Origin: Octopus sinensis
Lineage: Eukaryota
DNA: 64,000 bases
Assembly (NCBI RefSeq): GCF_006345805.1
Contig: NC_042999.1
Coordinates: 77,438,001-77,502,000 of the forward strand
Reading direction: 5' to 3'
Below, piece after piece: positions 62,876 through 64,000 of this stretch (positions within the stretch are counted from its first letter, which is position 1; each line of letters begins with the position of its first letter). Position numbers and translations under genes: made by a program. The notes under the pieces are model-generated. The model did no database searches. It was not told the origin of the DNA and was given only the letters and a program-made list of their open reading frames with translations.

Positions 62876-64000
62876 GTAAATTAGAAATAAGAAACTTTTT
62901 AATTTATGTATAATATGGATAACTTTACAGCTATTTATTTGAAAACCTTTAGCTGTGGAGATTTAAATGATGTGAAAACATCCTATTGTATTCTAAGTAA
63001 ATAGAAAAATAATTGAGTCTTTTCAGATTTGTGCCACTTTTCAGATAAATAATTGTTAGAGTTATCCACATTAAAAACATTTCAGGTATTCTGAATTATG
63101 CTATGTTCCATAGAAATGTGTATTATTTAATTTATTATATGGCCAACTAATGTTTGAAATGCAAATCTGAACTGTTGTTAATGCTAAGCCCTGATAAGCT
63201 ACTGCTATATATTACAATTCAGATTCAATGTTCTCTGGCTGGGTGAGGATTAGTGTTACATCTTTCCTAAAGATGATAACTATCTTGAAACAGATCTGTA
63301 AGAATATTTGCAATTATATTCCTGTTTATTTAGAGAACAATAGAACATTTTCATGTCATCTTAATCTCCAGCTAAAAGTTAGCAAATAACTGTAGTTATC
63401 TACATATATATTTCAGGTATTACTTTGTGTTATATATAAATATATATATTATCTTTTAATTTGATTTGTTTTATTTTAAAATTACTGTATTTCTTCAGTT
63501 ATTTTACTTTCTTGTATAAAGTATTGAATTCTAAATTTCACAGAAGGCGTTAACTTTGTAAGGGAAGTGGTATAGTCAATTGAATCATTCTCAGTAAATT
63601 TAAGTGGAACCTATTCTTATCAATCTTAGAAGGAGGAAAATGAAGGTCAACTCTAGTGGGATTTGAAATCAGGATGCCAATAGATTTCACTAGATATTGT
63701 AAGGCATTTACTGTAGCACTCTGCCATTTCTGCTTCTCTACGTCACCTTCCTGTAGAATGATGTTTGTATGAGGGAGGTTTGTGTAAATGTTTGGTGCAA
63801 TAAATATAGATGGTTTAACCTTTCAAAAACACAAAAACCAGAAATATTCCTAATTACTGCCTCTATTATAAGCATTTTTAATATTGATCAGAAGTTCATC
63901 CTTTCAGGTATTTAAAATTCACAACTAAATTAAAAAAGTGCTGGCCATGTTACTTTGAGACTTAGTACAGTGCACCATGTCCAAAAACAACATAGGTGGG

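Noticed and set aside
63222-63253. Possible last COA1 exon (RFNVLWLGED*)
   Set aside because: It lacks the expected RW..... motif and is too short; the real exon is probably downstream of the window.

Overview
AT-rich animal genomic DNA. The repeat families and gene set fit an octopus or other coleoid cephalopod best (inference). I reconstructed three spliced genes by hand from GT-AG sites and exon phases. (1) The last four coding exons of a fungal-type cysteine synthase (+ strand, 2045-8933). (2) A complete 12-exon NRDE2 gene (- strand, ATG 45754 to stop 12314, 3768 nt, 1255 aa). (3) Three coding exons of COA1 (+ strand, 60356-62875; last exon not found). Introns and intergenic DNA are full of RTE LINE fragments, two tRNA-headed SINE families, CR1-like fragments, mariner and rosa transposons, hAT MITEs, a Gypsy gag-protease remnant and microsatellites. 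The most notable observations are: two minimal hammerhead-ribozyme-like motifs on the sense strand of NRDE2 intron 8, one of them the tail of a tRNA-headed SINE; an intact Gypsy gag plus protease flanked by inverted LTR copies; a mariner whose 3' half is replaced by an inverted copy of its 5' end; inverted repeat pairs around NRDE2 exons; and a CpG-rich domain of about 10 kb between the divergent genes. No prokaryotic features or CRISPR arrays were seen. Repeat boundaries are approximate and identities are estimated by eye.
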